Notes under the pieces: model-generated
Databases searched by the model: none
What the model saw: only the letters and a program-made list of their open reading frames with translations
Told to the model about the DNA's origin: nothing
Translations under genes and position numbers: made by a program
Origin: Macrostomum hystrix
Taxonomy: Eukaryota; Animalia; Platyhelminthes
NCBI GenBank assembly: GCA_950097015.1
Contig: CATNEN010000008.1
Coordinates: 3,782,001 to 3,846,000, forward strand
DNA length: 64,000 nt
Reading direction: 5' to 3'
Part shown: positions 1 through 11,759 of the stretch, piece after piece
Position numbering within the stretch: position 1 is the stretch's first letter
Layout: every line of letters begins with the position of its first letter

Positions 1-322
1 TGTGCAGGAATGTTCTGGAATGTGCGGGAATGTGGGGGGAATGTGCTGTAACGTGCAGGAATGTTTGGGAATGTGCGAGAATATGTGGGAATGTGGAGGA
101 ATGTGCAGGAATGTTCGGGAATGTACGGGAATGTGGGGGAATGTGCTAGAATGTTCAGGAATGTGGGGGAATGTTTGGGAATGTGTAGGAATGTGGGGGA
201 ATGTTTGGGAATGTGGGGGAATGTGGGGGAATGTGTGGGAATGTTTGGGAATGTTCGGGAATGTGGGGGAATGCGCTAGAATGTGTAGGAATGTTCGGGA
301 ATGTGGGGGAATGTGCTAGAAT
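1..322. repeat. 10-bp tandem satellite (GGAATGTGGG-like), runs off the window start
   Basis: About 32 degenerate copies of ggaatgt(g/t)(g/c)g. Confidence 0.95.
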
Positions 323-799
323 GTGCTCGAGTACTGAAATGCGGCCAGACACTGAAAAACAAACAAGCTGAGATTGAATTTGCGTGGCAGCGCAGGACAG
401 CACAGAGAGGGTGAGAGAAATGGCATCTCCAGATTGATGAAGGCCCGGCACAAGCTACTGAAAGTGCATGTCGTTGCATGAGAGTTCCTGGCCCCATAAC
501 GATTTGAGTAATTGCTGGCTGAGTGAGGCCGATTGGGACATTTATTCACTCGGGTTCACTTCGCAATCAACGGCTATAGTACTGACTGTCTGACTCGCTT
601 CTGCCAGCTAACATCCTGCCGCACTGGCATCAACTTCGAGCTGCTCGAACTTAAAGTTCTCCCCTCTCCGAATTCTCAGCGGTAATTTCTCCCCCTCCCC
701 CGAAATCTCTCACCTTATTTCTCTCCCAAAAAGTATCCCTTTATTTCTGTCCCAAATTTATTAAACTAATTTCTCTTCCAAAAATATCTCTCTTTTTGT

Positions 800-935
800 C
801 TCCCAAAATTATCCCCATACTTTCACTCCCAAAATTATCCCCATTCTTTCACTCCCAAAATTATCCCCATACTTTCACTCCCAAAATTATCCCCATTCTT
901 TCACTCCCAAAATTATCCCCATTCTTTCACTCCCA
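800..935. repeat. 26-bp tandem repeat (TTCACTCCCAAAATTATCCCCATTCT), ~5 copies
   Basis: Units start 26 bp apart (822, 848, ...). Confidence 0.85.
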
Positions 936-1435
936 ATTTTACCCCCAATTGTCTCCCCAAGATTTCTACCCCAATTTCTCCCATTCCATTCTAATCATAA
1001 CACGTGTCCCGCCCCACATTACAGAATTTCTCCCATTTAGACAGTTTACCAAATCCTCATAATAATTCTACTTCCATATTCAGGTGCTAATCTTCTGATG
1101 GTTCAGGCCACAATGAGCTAGCAGGGTCGGATTAGTGGGCCACTAACCCCGGCTTATCTACACGTTAATAAAAGTGCACAACTTAGGAGATTAGTAAAAC
1201 TGCTCAAAAACTAGCTGGCCACGGTTTGACCTTTCGACTTCTACTTTCTGTCAAAAGGCCCTGACCCGTAAAACGAAATATAAAATGTATCCCACGTTTC
1301 TTAGAAAAATCATAACAGGCTGCCTCGCCGAGGAAGACGAGAGTAGGTTGCGCAACTTAATGCTCGACCAAGCCTCTAAAATTAATTGATTTCATTTGGC
1401 CAGCACCAAGTGTGCTCAGAGGTGGAAAGTAGATT

Positions 1436-1967
1436 GGGAGAAGTAGATTATGAGAGTGGACTGAGAGAAGTAGATTATGAGAGTGGACTGAGAGAAGTAG
1501 ATTATGAGAGTGGATTGAGAGAAGTAGATTATGAGAGTGGACTGAGAGAAGTAGATTATGAGAGTGGACTGAGAGAAGTAGATTATGAGAGTGGATTGAG
1601 AGAAGTAGATTATGAGAGTGGACTGAGAGAAGTAGATTATGAGAGTGGACTGAGAGAAGTAGATTATGAGAGTGGACTGAGAGAAGTAGATTATGAGAGT
1701 GGACTGAGAGAAGTAGATTATGAGAGTGGACTGAGAGAAGTAGATTATGAGAGTGGATTGAGAGAAGTAGATTATGAGAGTGGACTGAGAGAAGTAGATT
1801 ATGAGAGTGGACTGAGAGAAGTAGATTATGAGAGTGGATTGAGAGAAGTAGATTATGAGAGTCGATTGAGAGAAGTAGATAATGAGAGTGGATTGAGAGA
1901 AGTAGATTATGAGAGTGGATTGAGAGAAGTAGATTATGAGAGTGGATTGAGAGAAGTAGATTATGAG
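1436..1967. repeat. 27-bp tandem satellite (GAGAAGTAGATTATGAGAGTGGACTGA), ~20 copies
   Basis: Direct tandem units; ORF track shows a 9-aa period (EVDYESGLR). Confidence 0.97.
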
Positions 1968-2574
1968 GGTGGATAAAGAGAAGCAGATTGAGAGCAGAAT
2001 AAGGTTGAGCTGTTTAAGCAGCTGGGCAGGTAGGCAGTGTTTCAAAGTAACACGGGGGGGGGGCACAGCAACACTTATTTGGTGCAGCTCTGTTTGCCAA
2101 CAAAGCGCGTCATCCTCAGACCTGTTCTCACAGGCCTGCTCTGGGTCAAACAAAATAGCTACTCGCCATCATCGGGCAAGGCCTGGCTGCAGGGGAAAGC
2201 TGGAAATGTAGAAAATGCAAATAAATATCGCTACTCCTCTGCCCCTCTGTCTGTCTTCTTGGCTTTCTCTCAATGCTGCGGCAATCAATCACTGCCCTAG
2301 CAGTTGGGGATATCCCTAGGGAAAACGGGTCGAGCCCGGGAATGAAATGAAGAGGAGAGGAGGAATGCAGATTAGGAGGAGGCTGAGCAAGGCTGCTCAA
2401 CAGACTGAGAGAATGCTTGAGTGTCGCTTCTGAGAGAATGGGGTGCTTAGTCCTTCTGTTCGAGCCTACAGTGTCTGCGGATGTATTTTAATGATCCCGA
2501 ATGAGAACAGGATTGAGGAGAAATGAAGATGAGGCGAGGCGGAGAACAGGGACTTAAAAGAGTGAAGGGAGAGG

Positions 2575-3050
2575 GAGAGTAGGTAGGAGAGGCTGAGTAG
2601 GCAGGAAAGGCAGAGTAGGTAGGAGAGGCAGAGTAGGTAGGAGAGGCAGAGTAGGTAGGAGAGGCAGAGTAGGTAGGAGAGGGAGAGTAGGTAGGAGAGG
2701 CAGAGTAGGTAGGAGAGGCAGAGTAGGTAGGAGAGGCAGAGTAGGTAGGAGAGGTAGAGTAGGTAGGAGAGGGAGAGTAGGTAGGAGAGGGAGAGTAGGT
2801 AGGAGAGGGAGAGTAGGTAGGAGAGGCAGAGTAGGTAGGAGAGGTAGAGTAGGTAGGAGAGGGAGAGTAGGTAGGAGAGGGAGAGTAGGTAGGAGAGGGA
2901 GAGTAGGTAGGAGAGGGAGAGTAGGTAGGAGAGGGAGAGTAGGTAGGAGAGGGAGAGTAGGTAGGAGAGGCAGAGTAGGTAGGAGAGGTAGAGTAGGTAG
3001 GAGAGGGAGAGTAGGTAGGAGAGGGAGAGTAGGTAGGAGAGGGAGAGTAG
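2575..3050. repeat. 18-bp purine-rich tandem satellite (GAGAGTAGGTAGGAGAGG), ~26 copies
   Basis: Direct tandem units with a 6-aa period in the ORF track. Confidence 0.97.
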
Positions 3051-4007
3051 TATATTGGATTAGAGAATGAGAGTATATAGAATCGTAATTGATAGTTAAT
3101 AAGATGGAAGTAAGACGGAAATAGACGAACCGAAAACATTGTCGTGGGATGCTGGGTTGGATGGGATATTTCAGGAAGCACCAATAAGGCCTGCGTGGGG
3201 TCCCAATTTGAATCCTAAAATCAGAAGCGATGAGGAAGAAGGGAGACTGGTTGGCTAGCAGGCTGGGCTTGACTGCCAATCAATTGTTATGCCCTAAGCA
3301 AACGTATATTCAATTACAGCTGTCTCATGGTGACACACAGGATGAACCGTCCTCCCCTTGGATCTCTGCAGTTGCAATTAAGTGCTGCAAGATGGCCTCG
3401 ATGTGGTTTTTCCCGCGACTGAATAAACAGTCATATCATACAAAGCTGTGTCTGTGTGTGTACAGCTGAAATTCTGGAATCTATAGGGAGAAGCTGTATG
3501 AGGGAAATTATAGAAAACTGAAATTGCTGAGGAAAGTATTTCTGGTCATTCCGGGAGAAAAAAAGGGAGATTTTAGTCGTGTGAACTTTTTCTTGTAGTT
3601 TCTCCCTGTCGATCGCCTTGGCTCTGTCGCTGTGCACTTGTCTTTTCGGATATTGTTGGGTGCAGTTTGTAGGCCTGAAGGACAGCGGTCTGTGTCCCGG
3701 GCACATCCCTAGGTGGGTTGTGGCTTCGAGGCAGGGGGGTAGAGACGAAACCCAATCCATCGGTGCCGTACCGAAGGCCGAAGACCACTTGATGCACCTC
3801 CTGCTTGCATTGCAGGGGGGCATTCCCTACAATCTCCGTTCCTATTTGGTTAGCTTACCTGGCTCTCTTGTCGGATGCAACAAAATTTGACGTTTGAAAG
3901 TTAACGCTCGCATGACCTTACACTTGTCGAATGCCGACCAATAACCTTTGGCTGCTGTTTCAAAGATATTTTAACTCCCTGTTTGTCTCTTGTTAATTAC
4001 CAAACAG

Positions 4008-7000
4008 TTGTAGCTAGGGAAATTGAAGAAATAGAGGATTCACGACTGAAACAATATCTCAGAAGCAGACAATGCGAGGTAGGGTATGAGAATTTGGAAG
4101 CACAAAATTTACTTTGAGACGTGGACTTATAATTAAATCACAAATTGCAGGAGGGCTGTGGGCAATGGAACATCATTTGGTGACACTAGACCCGCAGCCA
4201 GCGAGGAGGCAATTCTGCCCATTCCTCTGACTCCTGAGCACACACGCACACAGATACTGTACGCAGTCACACGCTCACACAGGTGTGTACATCTGCCCTG
4301 ACTTTCTCATCGTCAGGCAGTGTACACTCTCACTGTGCCTTGGAGGTTGGCCCTCTATGGTGTAAATTGCACGACAAGCCCCCAAGCCTTCTATCCGCGG
4401 CTGCGCCCTAAATGAATGTGGCCTCGCCTCGGAATCGAGCTCAGGGACCTTAACGCGTTAACCGCTCTGACACTCAGCCAGACGTAGACTATGAGAAGTA
4501 GACAGTGAGAAGTAGACAGTGAGAAGTAGACAGTGAGAAGTAGACAGTGAGAAGTAGACAGTGAGAAGTAGACAGTGAGAAGTAGACAGTGAGAAGTAGA
4601 CAGTGAGACGTAGACTATGAGAAGTAGACAGTGAGAAGCAGACAGTGAGAAGTAGACAGTGAGAAGTAGACAGTGAGAAGTAGACAGTGAGAAGTAGACA
4701 ATCTTCACCAACTTGACTCGCACTCGCATAGGCGGCGGCAACAGCTCCGGTGGAGTCGAAAACCACTGGATCCCGCCCTGGCTCGGTGAGCCGCAGCCTG
4801 GAGGGCACGACGCTCCGTCAGACTGCTCGCCAGGCAAATCGGTGCTGATTCTGGTGCCATACAGGCAAAGGGCTGAGCACCTGGCTGCTCTGCTGAGCTA
4901 CCTGCATCCGATTCTGCAACGGCAGAAGCTGTGCTATAGCATTGTGGTTGGAGAACAGGTCAGAGAAAAGTTTGAGTCATTTTGGCGACTTCTCATCTTT
5001 TTCAAGATCCTTTGAGGGTCTGCCACCTCTTCCAGGATCCTTTGACGATCTTTGAGGATCCTTTGACGATCTTTGAGGATCCTTTGACGATCTTTGAGGA
5101 TCCTTTGACGATCTTTGAGGATCCTTTGACGATCTTTGAGGATCCTTTGACGATATTTGAGGATCCTTTGAGGATCTTTGAGGATCCTTTGACGATCTTT
5201 GAGGATCTTTTGACGATCTTTGAGGATCCTTTGACGATCTTCGAGGATCTTTTGACGATCTTTGAGGATCCTTTGACGATCTTTGAGGATCCTTTGACGA
5301 TCTTTGAGGATCCTTTGACGATCTTTGAGGATCCTTTGACGATCTTTGAGGATCCTTTGACGATCTTTGAGGATCCTTTGACGATCTTTGAGGATCCTTT
5401 GACGATCTTTGAGGATCCTTTGACGATATTTGAGGATCCTTTGAGGATCTTTGAGGATCCTTTGACGATCTTTGAGGATCTTTTGACGATCTTTGAGGAT
5501 TCTTTGACGATCTTTGAGGATCTTTTGACGATCTTTGAGGATCCTTTGATGATCTTTGAGGATCCTTTGACGATCTTTGAGGATCTTTTGACGATCTTTG
5601 AGGATCCTTTGACGATCTTTGAGGATCCTTTGACGATATTTGAGGATCTTTTGACGATCTTTGAGGTTCTTTTGACGATCTTTGAGGATCTTTTGACGAT
5701 CTTTGAGGATCCTTTGACGATCTTCGAGGATCTTTTGACGATCTTTGAGGATCCTTTGACGATCTTTGAGGATCCTTTGACGATATTTGAGGATCCTTTG
5801 AGGATCTTTGAGGATCCTTTGACGATCTTTGAGGATCCTTTGAGGATCTTTGAGGATCCTTTGAGGATCTGTCACCTCTTCTCGAATCTTCTCGAATCTT
5901 AATGATATTTTAATATTTCCGCTACCAATTTCACTGCCAATGTATTTGTTATTTTGTATTTGTACAATTCAGCGGATAATTTAGATTATGTGAGCCAGGG
6001 ATAATGTCCCTAGTTTTTATTGGCCCCTAAACCGTTAATCCGCATCCATACCATGCCTAATGAGGCATTCAAAATGAAAGCTTCAGTTTTGCATCAGCCA
6101 GTTGCTATAAAGCCATCGTTAATCCTGGCTTAGCAACTGCTCCCAGTTTAGGTAAAGACTCGGCACTGTTTTGTGACATGACTAGCTGCATGACCGATTT
6201 GCCTCAGAAACAGAGAACGCAATCTATCAAGAGATATAGAAAAGAAACTGAGTTCTAAAGTCAGAATGCAATTTCGTCTATGGCCGAACTACAGGAGGCA
6301 CAGGCTAACCCCTAGATCACCCCTGAATGTCATTGGTCGAAATGTCACTTTATTTTAATGACCAATGATTAATTAAGCGTTCATTACCATGGCTGAGTGT
6401 TTCGACCATAGACAATTCAATCCATGCAGCGAATTTTAGTTAACGGTAGAAAGACCTGGGGAAAAACCACGGGGGATTTCAAATATCCACTGCCTACTTC
6501 ACCATAGCGCCAAAACCAAATGAACGAAATTCGTGAAATTCCACTATTTAAAAAAAAATTTAATCCATATTGGTTAAATAGTATAATAAAAAACAATAGA
6601 ATCAATACAAAATGCAAGTAATTAACAATAATTACCGACGTGGTTACATGATGAAATTTAAGGTGGATTTTTCCTACCTATTACTGGTGGATTTTTCAAC
6701 CAGACAGCCCGACGAGAGTCGTTGAATATCTAGACCAGGGGTCGGCAAACTCCGGCCCGCGGGCCAGATGCGGCCCTCGAAGCTCCCAAATCCGGCCCGT
6801 TGCTCCTTCCGACACCTACATTATACTGTTTTATCTTTCCCCTGTCTTATCTCTCCCGTCTCTCATCTCTCCTGTGTCTCATCTCTCCTCGGTCTCGTCT
6901 CTCCTGTGTCTCATCTCTCCTCGGTCTCGTCTCTCCTGTGTCTCATCTCTCCTCGGTCTCGTCTCTCCTGTGTCTCATCTCTCCTCGGTCTCGTCTCTCC

Positions 7001-10000
7001 TGTGTCTCATCTCTCCTCGGTCTCGTCTCTCCTGTGTCTCATCTCTCCTCGGTCTCGTCTCTCCTGTGTCTCATCTCTCCTCGGTCTCGTCTCTCCTGTG
7101 TCTCATCTCTCCTCGGTCTCGTCTCTCCTGTGTCTCATCTCTCCTCGGTCTCGTCTCTCCTGTGTCTCATTTCTAGTGTGTCTTATCTATTCTGTCTCAT
7201 CTCTCCCCCCTATCTCATATTTCTACAGTCAATGCGGCCCGCTGTCGTCTTTTGGGTTCTCTCTTTGGCCCGCTGACTAGTAAGTTTGCCGACCCCTGAT
7301 CTAGACGATGCCGATGTTTTTTTTTGTCGGATAGAGCGGATGGAATAGTTGCATTTTTGTGAGATACAGAAAGCCCACGAAGTCTTTCCACTTCGTGGAA
7401 ATGACCGAATTGAATATCGCGGGCCATGTGCACTCGTCATCGTGGCCATTAACTTTAATTCCTGCTTCATATTAATCTTCCATTCGGAACAGAGAATATT
7501 ATTTGTTAGGTTTTTAGTTTGTACACAGACGCTTCGCATTGACAGTAATCAGATAAGATAGAATCTGTTTCCACGCGGATGCATCGGCCGATTCTTCTTG
7601 AGCCTGATAACATCTTCCTCATGCAGCGAAGTCCCGCCAGCTCATTCATCCCACAGAATGACACAATAAGTCAATTGCGTGCTTTAGCGAACATAATGAA
7701 ATTCCGGCGACCAAAGGGGGCCGGGCATTAGACTTTCTTTGCTTGGCCTTACAGAGTTGAACTGCTCAACTGAGCTGTCTCGCCTTGTCAGTCTGGATTA
7801 TCTTGATTACTCGAGAGACTCGGGACCTCTTCTTCTAAGGGTCTTCTTTTGCGTATCAACTGCCCACATATCCCACAGTAAGGCAATCGATTAATTGATT
7901 ACTTCGAACAATACTCCATCACTCTGTCAGTCGGACACTGTCTGTCAGTCACTCCGTCTGTCAGTCAGTCACTCCGTCAGTCAGTCACTCAGTCACTCCG
8001 TCATTCAGTCACTCAGTCACTCCGTCAGTCAGTCACTCAGTCACTCCGTCACTCAGTCACTCCGTCAGTCAGTCACTCAGTCACTCCGTCAGTCAGTCAC
8101 TCCGTCAGTCAGTCACTCAGTCACTCCGTCAGTCAGTCACTCAGTCACTCCGTCAGTCAGTCACTCAGTCACTCCGTTCCTATGTCACTCCGTTCCTATG
8201 TCACTCCGTTCCTATGTCACTCCGTTCCTATGTCACTCCGTTCCTATGTCACTCCGTTCCTATGTCACTCCGTTCCTATGTCACTCCGTTCCTATGTCAC
8301 TCCGTTCCTATGTCACTCCGTTCCTATGTCACTCCGTTCCTATGTCACTCGGTTCCTATGTCACTCCGTTCCTATGTCACTCCGTTCCTATGTCACTCCG
8401 TTCCTATGTCACTCCGTTCCTATGTCACTCCGTTCCTATGTCACTACGTCGATTCCGCTCCCGCGCTCTTGTCACTGTGTGATGATGGAGCACAGTTCCG
8501 TACTCATCCTGTTCTCATGCATTTTTTATTAGCTTGACCCTGCTCACTCACGCACTCGCTCAATTTTCTCGACCTGATCTGCTCGCTGCCCCAGATTCCC
8601 CACCGCCTCAAAGTGTGGCATTAATAGGAACTCAGTGCATTAATAATTCACAATAGTACAGAAGGCTGGTGAAGCGATGATTAGCAACCAGTAGCTCAGG
8701 ATAAAACTCAGGGCAAAGGTGGATGTTGTCAGACATCGATGGAAATGTCGTATTCTACTGAGGGAGCCAGTATTACAGTGGTTAGGGCTTCAGACTTCTT
8801 ACCAGGAGGTCGGGGGTTCGATTCCTGACTCCTTTCGAACAATTTCTTTCCTTCAGCAAGACACTTAACTCTGTATTGCTTCAGTTCACCCAGCTGTTAA
8901 ATGGGTTGCAACATTAGCTAGGGTAATTAAGGGTGGGTGTGGCGCCCCCCCCCAGTCCATGGACTGAACAGCTGTACGCAGTCTTCAGATGCGCCGCGCA
9001 ATAGCTGCTGCTGTGCTGTCGTACTAAGGGCAAGTCTGATTAATAAGAATTATTATTAATACTATTATCTACCAAGCTAAACAGCTTGAATATCATCCAT
9101 TCGCCAGTACGGCAACGCCACCTTCAACAAAGCCAAGCTGATGAACGCCGCATTCCTGGAAAGCATGCGCCAACTTCGCCGCTTCGACTGCGTAGTTTTT
9201 CATGACGTGGACCTGCTGCCGACCAATCCGTTTGTGCCCTACAACTGCCCCGCCTACCCCAGACACATCAGCGTGTCCATCGACAAATTCGGCTACTCGT
9301 GAGTGAAGCTCCTGTCACTCCTGTACTCTGTCACTCCAGAACTCTGTCACTCCAGTACTCTGTCACTCCAGTACTCTGTCACTCCTGTACTCTGTCACTC
9401 CAGAACTCTGTCACTCCAGTACTCTGTCAATCCTGTACTCTGTCACTCCAGAACTCTGTCACTCCAGTACTCTGTCACTCCAGTACTCTGTCAATCCTGT
9501 ACTCTGTCACTCCAGAACTCTGTCACTCCAGTACTCTGTCACTCCAGAACTCTGTCACTCCAGTACTGTGTCAATCCTGTACTCTGTCACTCCAGAACTC
9601 CGTCACTCCAGAACTCTGTCACTCCAGTACTCTGTCACTCCAGTACTGTGTCAATCCTGTACTCTGTCACTCCAGAACTCCGTCACTCCAGTACTCTGTC
9701 ACTCCATAACTCCGTCACTCCAGTACTCTGTCACTCCAGTACTCTGTCACTCCAGTACTGTGTCAATCCTGTACTCTGTCACTCCAGAACTCTGTCACTC
9801 CAGTGTCACTCCAAATACATGCCAGGTTGCCCTACAAGCAGCTGGTTGGCGGAGTCCTGGCAATGCCTGTGCGCCACTTCCTGAAGGTGAACGGCTACTC
9901 AAACCTGTTCTGGGGCTGGGGCGGCGAGGATGACGACATGGAGGCCAGGTGAGCAGCTGTTGACGCTTCGTGCTAAGGTCCATGAGCTCGAATCCCCGGC

Positions 10001-10740
10001 GAGGAGGAGAAGGCTTGGGGGTTCAATCTTAAAGGCACAGGAGAGTGAGCACTACCTGACGCTGGGAATGCCGGAGCAGATGTACACACCTGTGTGAGTG
10101 TGTGCGCAGGAGTCAGCGGAATGTGCAGAATTACTCACGGTCGACTGTCCCCTGCAAGTATTATGTTGTTTGAAAGTCCTCTTCTTTTCGACTGATAAAA
10201 AGGTGATTCTAAATCGGGAATTCAATCAGGCCGTTTTATTCGTAAATAATTGAATATTTAGAGCCAGAAAACGATTGACAGAGAGAACTAAATTTAGCTC
10301 AATTCAAGTAATTTATTACTGGCCTCGCCGCGGAATCGAGCTTAGGGACTGTCGGTGCGACAGCCAGTCGCTAAAGTTTTCAGTTAGAAAATATAAAATA
10401 CAGCCAGCGCTTTAAAGCACCATTTCTAGTTGGCACTACTATGAGTAGAGTAATTTGCATATTTAAGCAACGCCTCCGTGTCCGCAGGATTCGCTCGGCC
10501 GGCCTCCTAGTGACCAGGCCGCACCCCCGCCTGGCCCGCTATCGCATGATCCGGCACCAGGCGCGCAAGGAGATCCTCAACGAGGTCCGCTACAAGCTGC
10601 TGTACCTCAGCTCCAAGCGGTATCGGCTTGACGGGCTCAACAGCCTCAATTATACGCTTGTGTCTAGCGAGGTCCGGCCTCTGTACACTCACTTCCTCAT
10701 CGACTTGGGCCAGCCACCGAGGAGCTCGAGCTTCTATTGA
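4008..10740 (+). CDS. Glycosyltransferase family 7 (B4GALT / beta-1,4-GalNAc-transferase-like), 5'-incomplete model
   Basis: Exons: 4008-4078 (tentative), 4698-4958 (5' boundary tentative), 9108-9298, 9826-9948, 10488-10740 (TGA). GT-AG introns with consistent phases. Motifs: GGHDAPSDC..ILVPYRQRAEHL..LHPILQRQ, FNKAKLMN, FHDVDL (DxD), PRHISVSIDKFGYSLPY, WGWGGEDDD, MIRH, DGLNSLNY. Transmembrane/start exon not located. Confidence 0.93.
4146..4470 (-). mobile_element. tRNA-headed SINE family A copy
   Basis: Reverse complement of the 15845-16217 element, including the A/B-box head and 3' end. Confidence 0.85.
4485..4700. repeat. 14-bp tandem repeat (GTGAGAAGTAGACA), ~15 copies, abutting a GT7 exon
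   Basis: Direct tandem units. Confidence 0.95.
5033..5870. repeat. 21-bp intronic satellite (GATCCTTTGACGATCTTTGAG), ~40 copies
   Basis: Direct tandem units starting ~75 bp after the 4959 donor. Confidence 0.97.
6736..7298. mobile_element. hAT-type MITE with internal 32-bp satellite
   Basis: 15-bp perfect TIRs CAGGGGTCGGCAAAC (6736-6750) and GTTTGCCGACCCCTG (7284-7298). Perfect 8-bp TSD ATCTAGAC at 6728-6735 and 7299-7306. Confidence 0.93.
7920..8450. repeat. Compound satellite: TCAG/TCACTCCG mixed array switching at ~8170 to 16-bp TCACTCCGTTCCTATG
   Basis: Direct tandem units. Confidence 0.93.
8762..9050 (+). mobile_element. tRNA-headed SINE family B (CORE-like), near full length
   Basis: Head with A-box-like TACAGTGG and B box GGTTCGATTCC; CORE-like CAGCAAGACACTTAACTCTGTATTGCTTCAGTTCACCCAGCTGTTAAATGGG; AT-rich tail; homologous copies at 24215, 26838 and 38087. 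Confidence 0.8.
9310..9812. repeat. 16-bp satellite (CTCTGTCACTCCAGTA and variants) filling GT7 intron 9299-9825
   Basis: Direct tandem units from ~10 bp after the donor to ~12 bp before the acceptor. Confidence 0.95.
9970..10170 (+). mobile_element. SINE family A, internally deleted copy
   Basis: Matches head (AGGTCCATGAGCTCGAATCC), GAGAAGGCTTGGGGG and CAGGAGTCAGCGGAATG blocks of the full copy. Confidence 0.7.
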
Positions 10741-11759
10741 CATTGTGGCGATCAATTTCAGCGCACAAGTACAAGCTCTCGCAGCATAGTCCTAATAGTT
10801 AAAAATTCCAACGAAATTTGTATTTTTGCTTTGCTATTTTTCCTGTGTCGCATGCAACAATAAAACTCATGTTTGTATTTAGCATGATTTTTCATGTGGT
10901 AAATTGTTTCGTTTTGCATGTGGTACTTTTCAATCAGTTTTGAACAATCACCCAATCACTTATTCACTCATTCACTTAAATAAAATTGTTGAAAAGTAAA
11001 TTACTTGGAGCAATACTGCAATGGAACTAACAGAAACAAACGATTTTCTCTTTATTCAATACTTTTCGTCAATCGATTTCGTATTCGACAAAAAACTTGA
11101 TGGTCTTAAAGTCCTAGCCAATCGAAATTGAACGAATTTGAGACAAATATGGACGAATTGAACGAATATTGAACGAATATGGCCATTAGTGTTTTGGCCA
11201 TAGACACCAGCTTCAGCGGCTAGTCTGGCATTTTATCTATAGCAATATATTTTCAGCTTAAGTTAGGTTTAAAGAACAGCATTGGATTTGCTTTCAATAA
11301 AAAATTATCAACAATTCTATGTGAAAAACATGAAAAGTGCCTATCTAACTAGTGCATTTTTCCGTAAAAATCTGCCTATAATAAATTTTCCAAGAAACGA
11401 AGTGTCCTGGCCTTCTTCTTCTAGTGGTCCTTGGAATAAGCATGAAAGCAAATAACAGAGTGTAGTGGGGCGGGTGATGGGTGGGTAGGTGAGTGCATAT
11501 GAGTTGAGATGTTCATCTTTTGAAAAAAAGTTTGAATCAAAGCAAGAACAAGTGCAAATTAGTTAATTTGATCCCACATTTTAACTTAGTAATTTCCAAG
11601 TGTCGGACAGTGTTTGGCAGTTTCGGACTACCTAAGCAGATATAAACGACAATTTAGTAGTCCGTGTGTTTGTCATGGCTGCGGCTCAACTACATTTTGA
11701 TCCGGACACCGACTCCGAATAACTGCAGACGAGGACAAAGGAAAAGATGAGAACCTCCA

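Noticed and set aside
330-560. Possible hAT transposase remnant (RLMKARHKLLKVH..LSEADWDI)
   Set aside because: Only short motif-like resemblance across stops and frameshifts; cannot be supported without an HMM search.
2447-3184. ORF with (YSPSPT)n resembling the RNA polymerase II CTD
   Set aside because: The unit is a hexad from an 18-bp satellite rather than the YSPTSPS heptad, there is little codon variation, other frames are also open, and no RPB1 exons are nearby.
3120-3280. Possible LINE ORF1 fragment ([18 protein letters not shown])
   Set aside because: The zinc knuckle is incomplete and no endonuclease or RT sequence is recognisable nearby.
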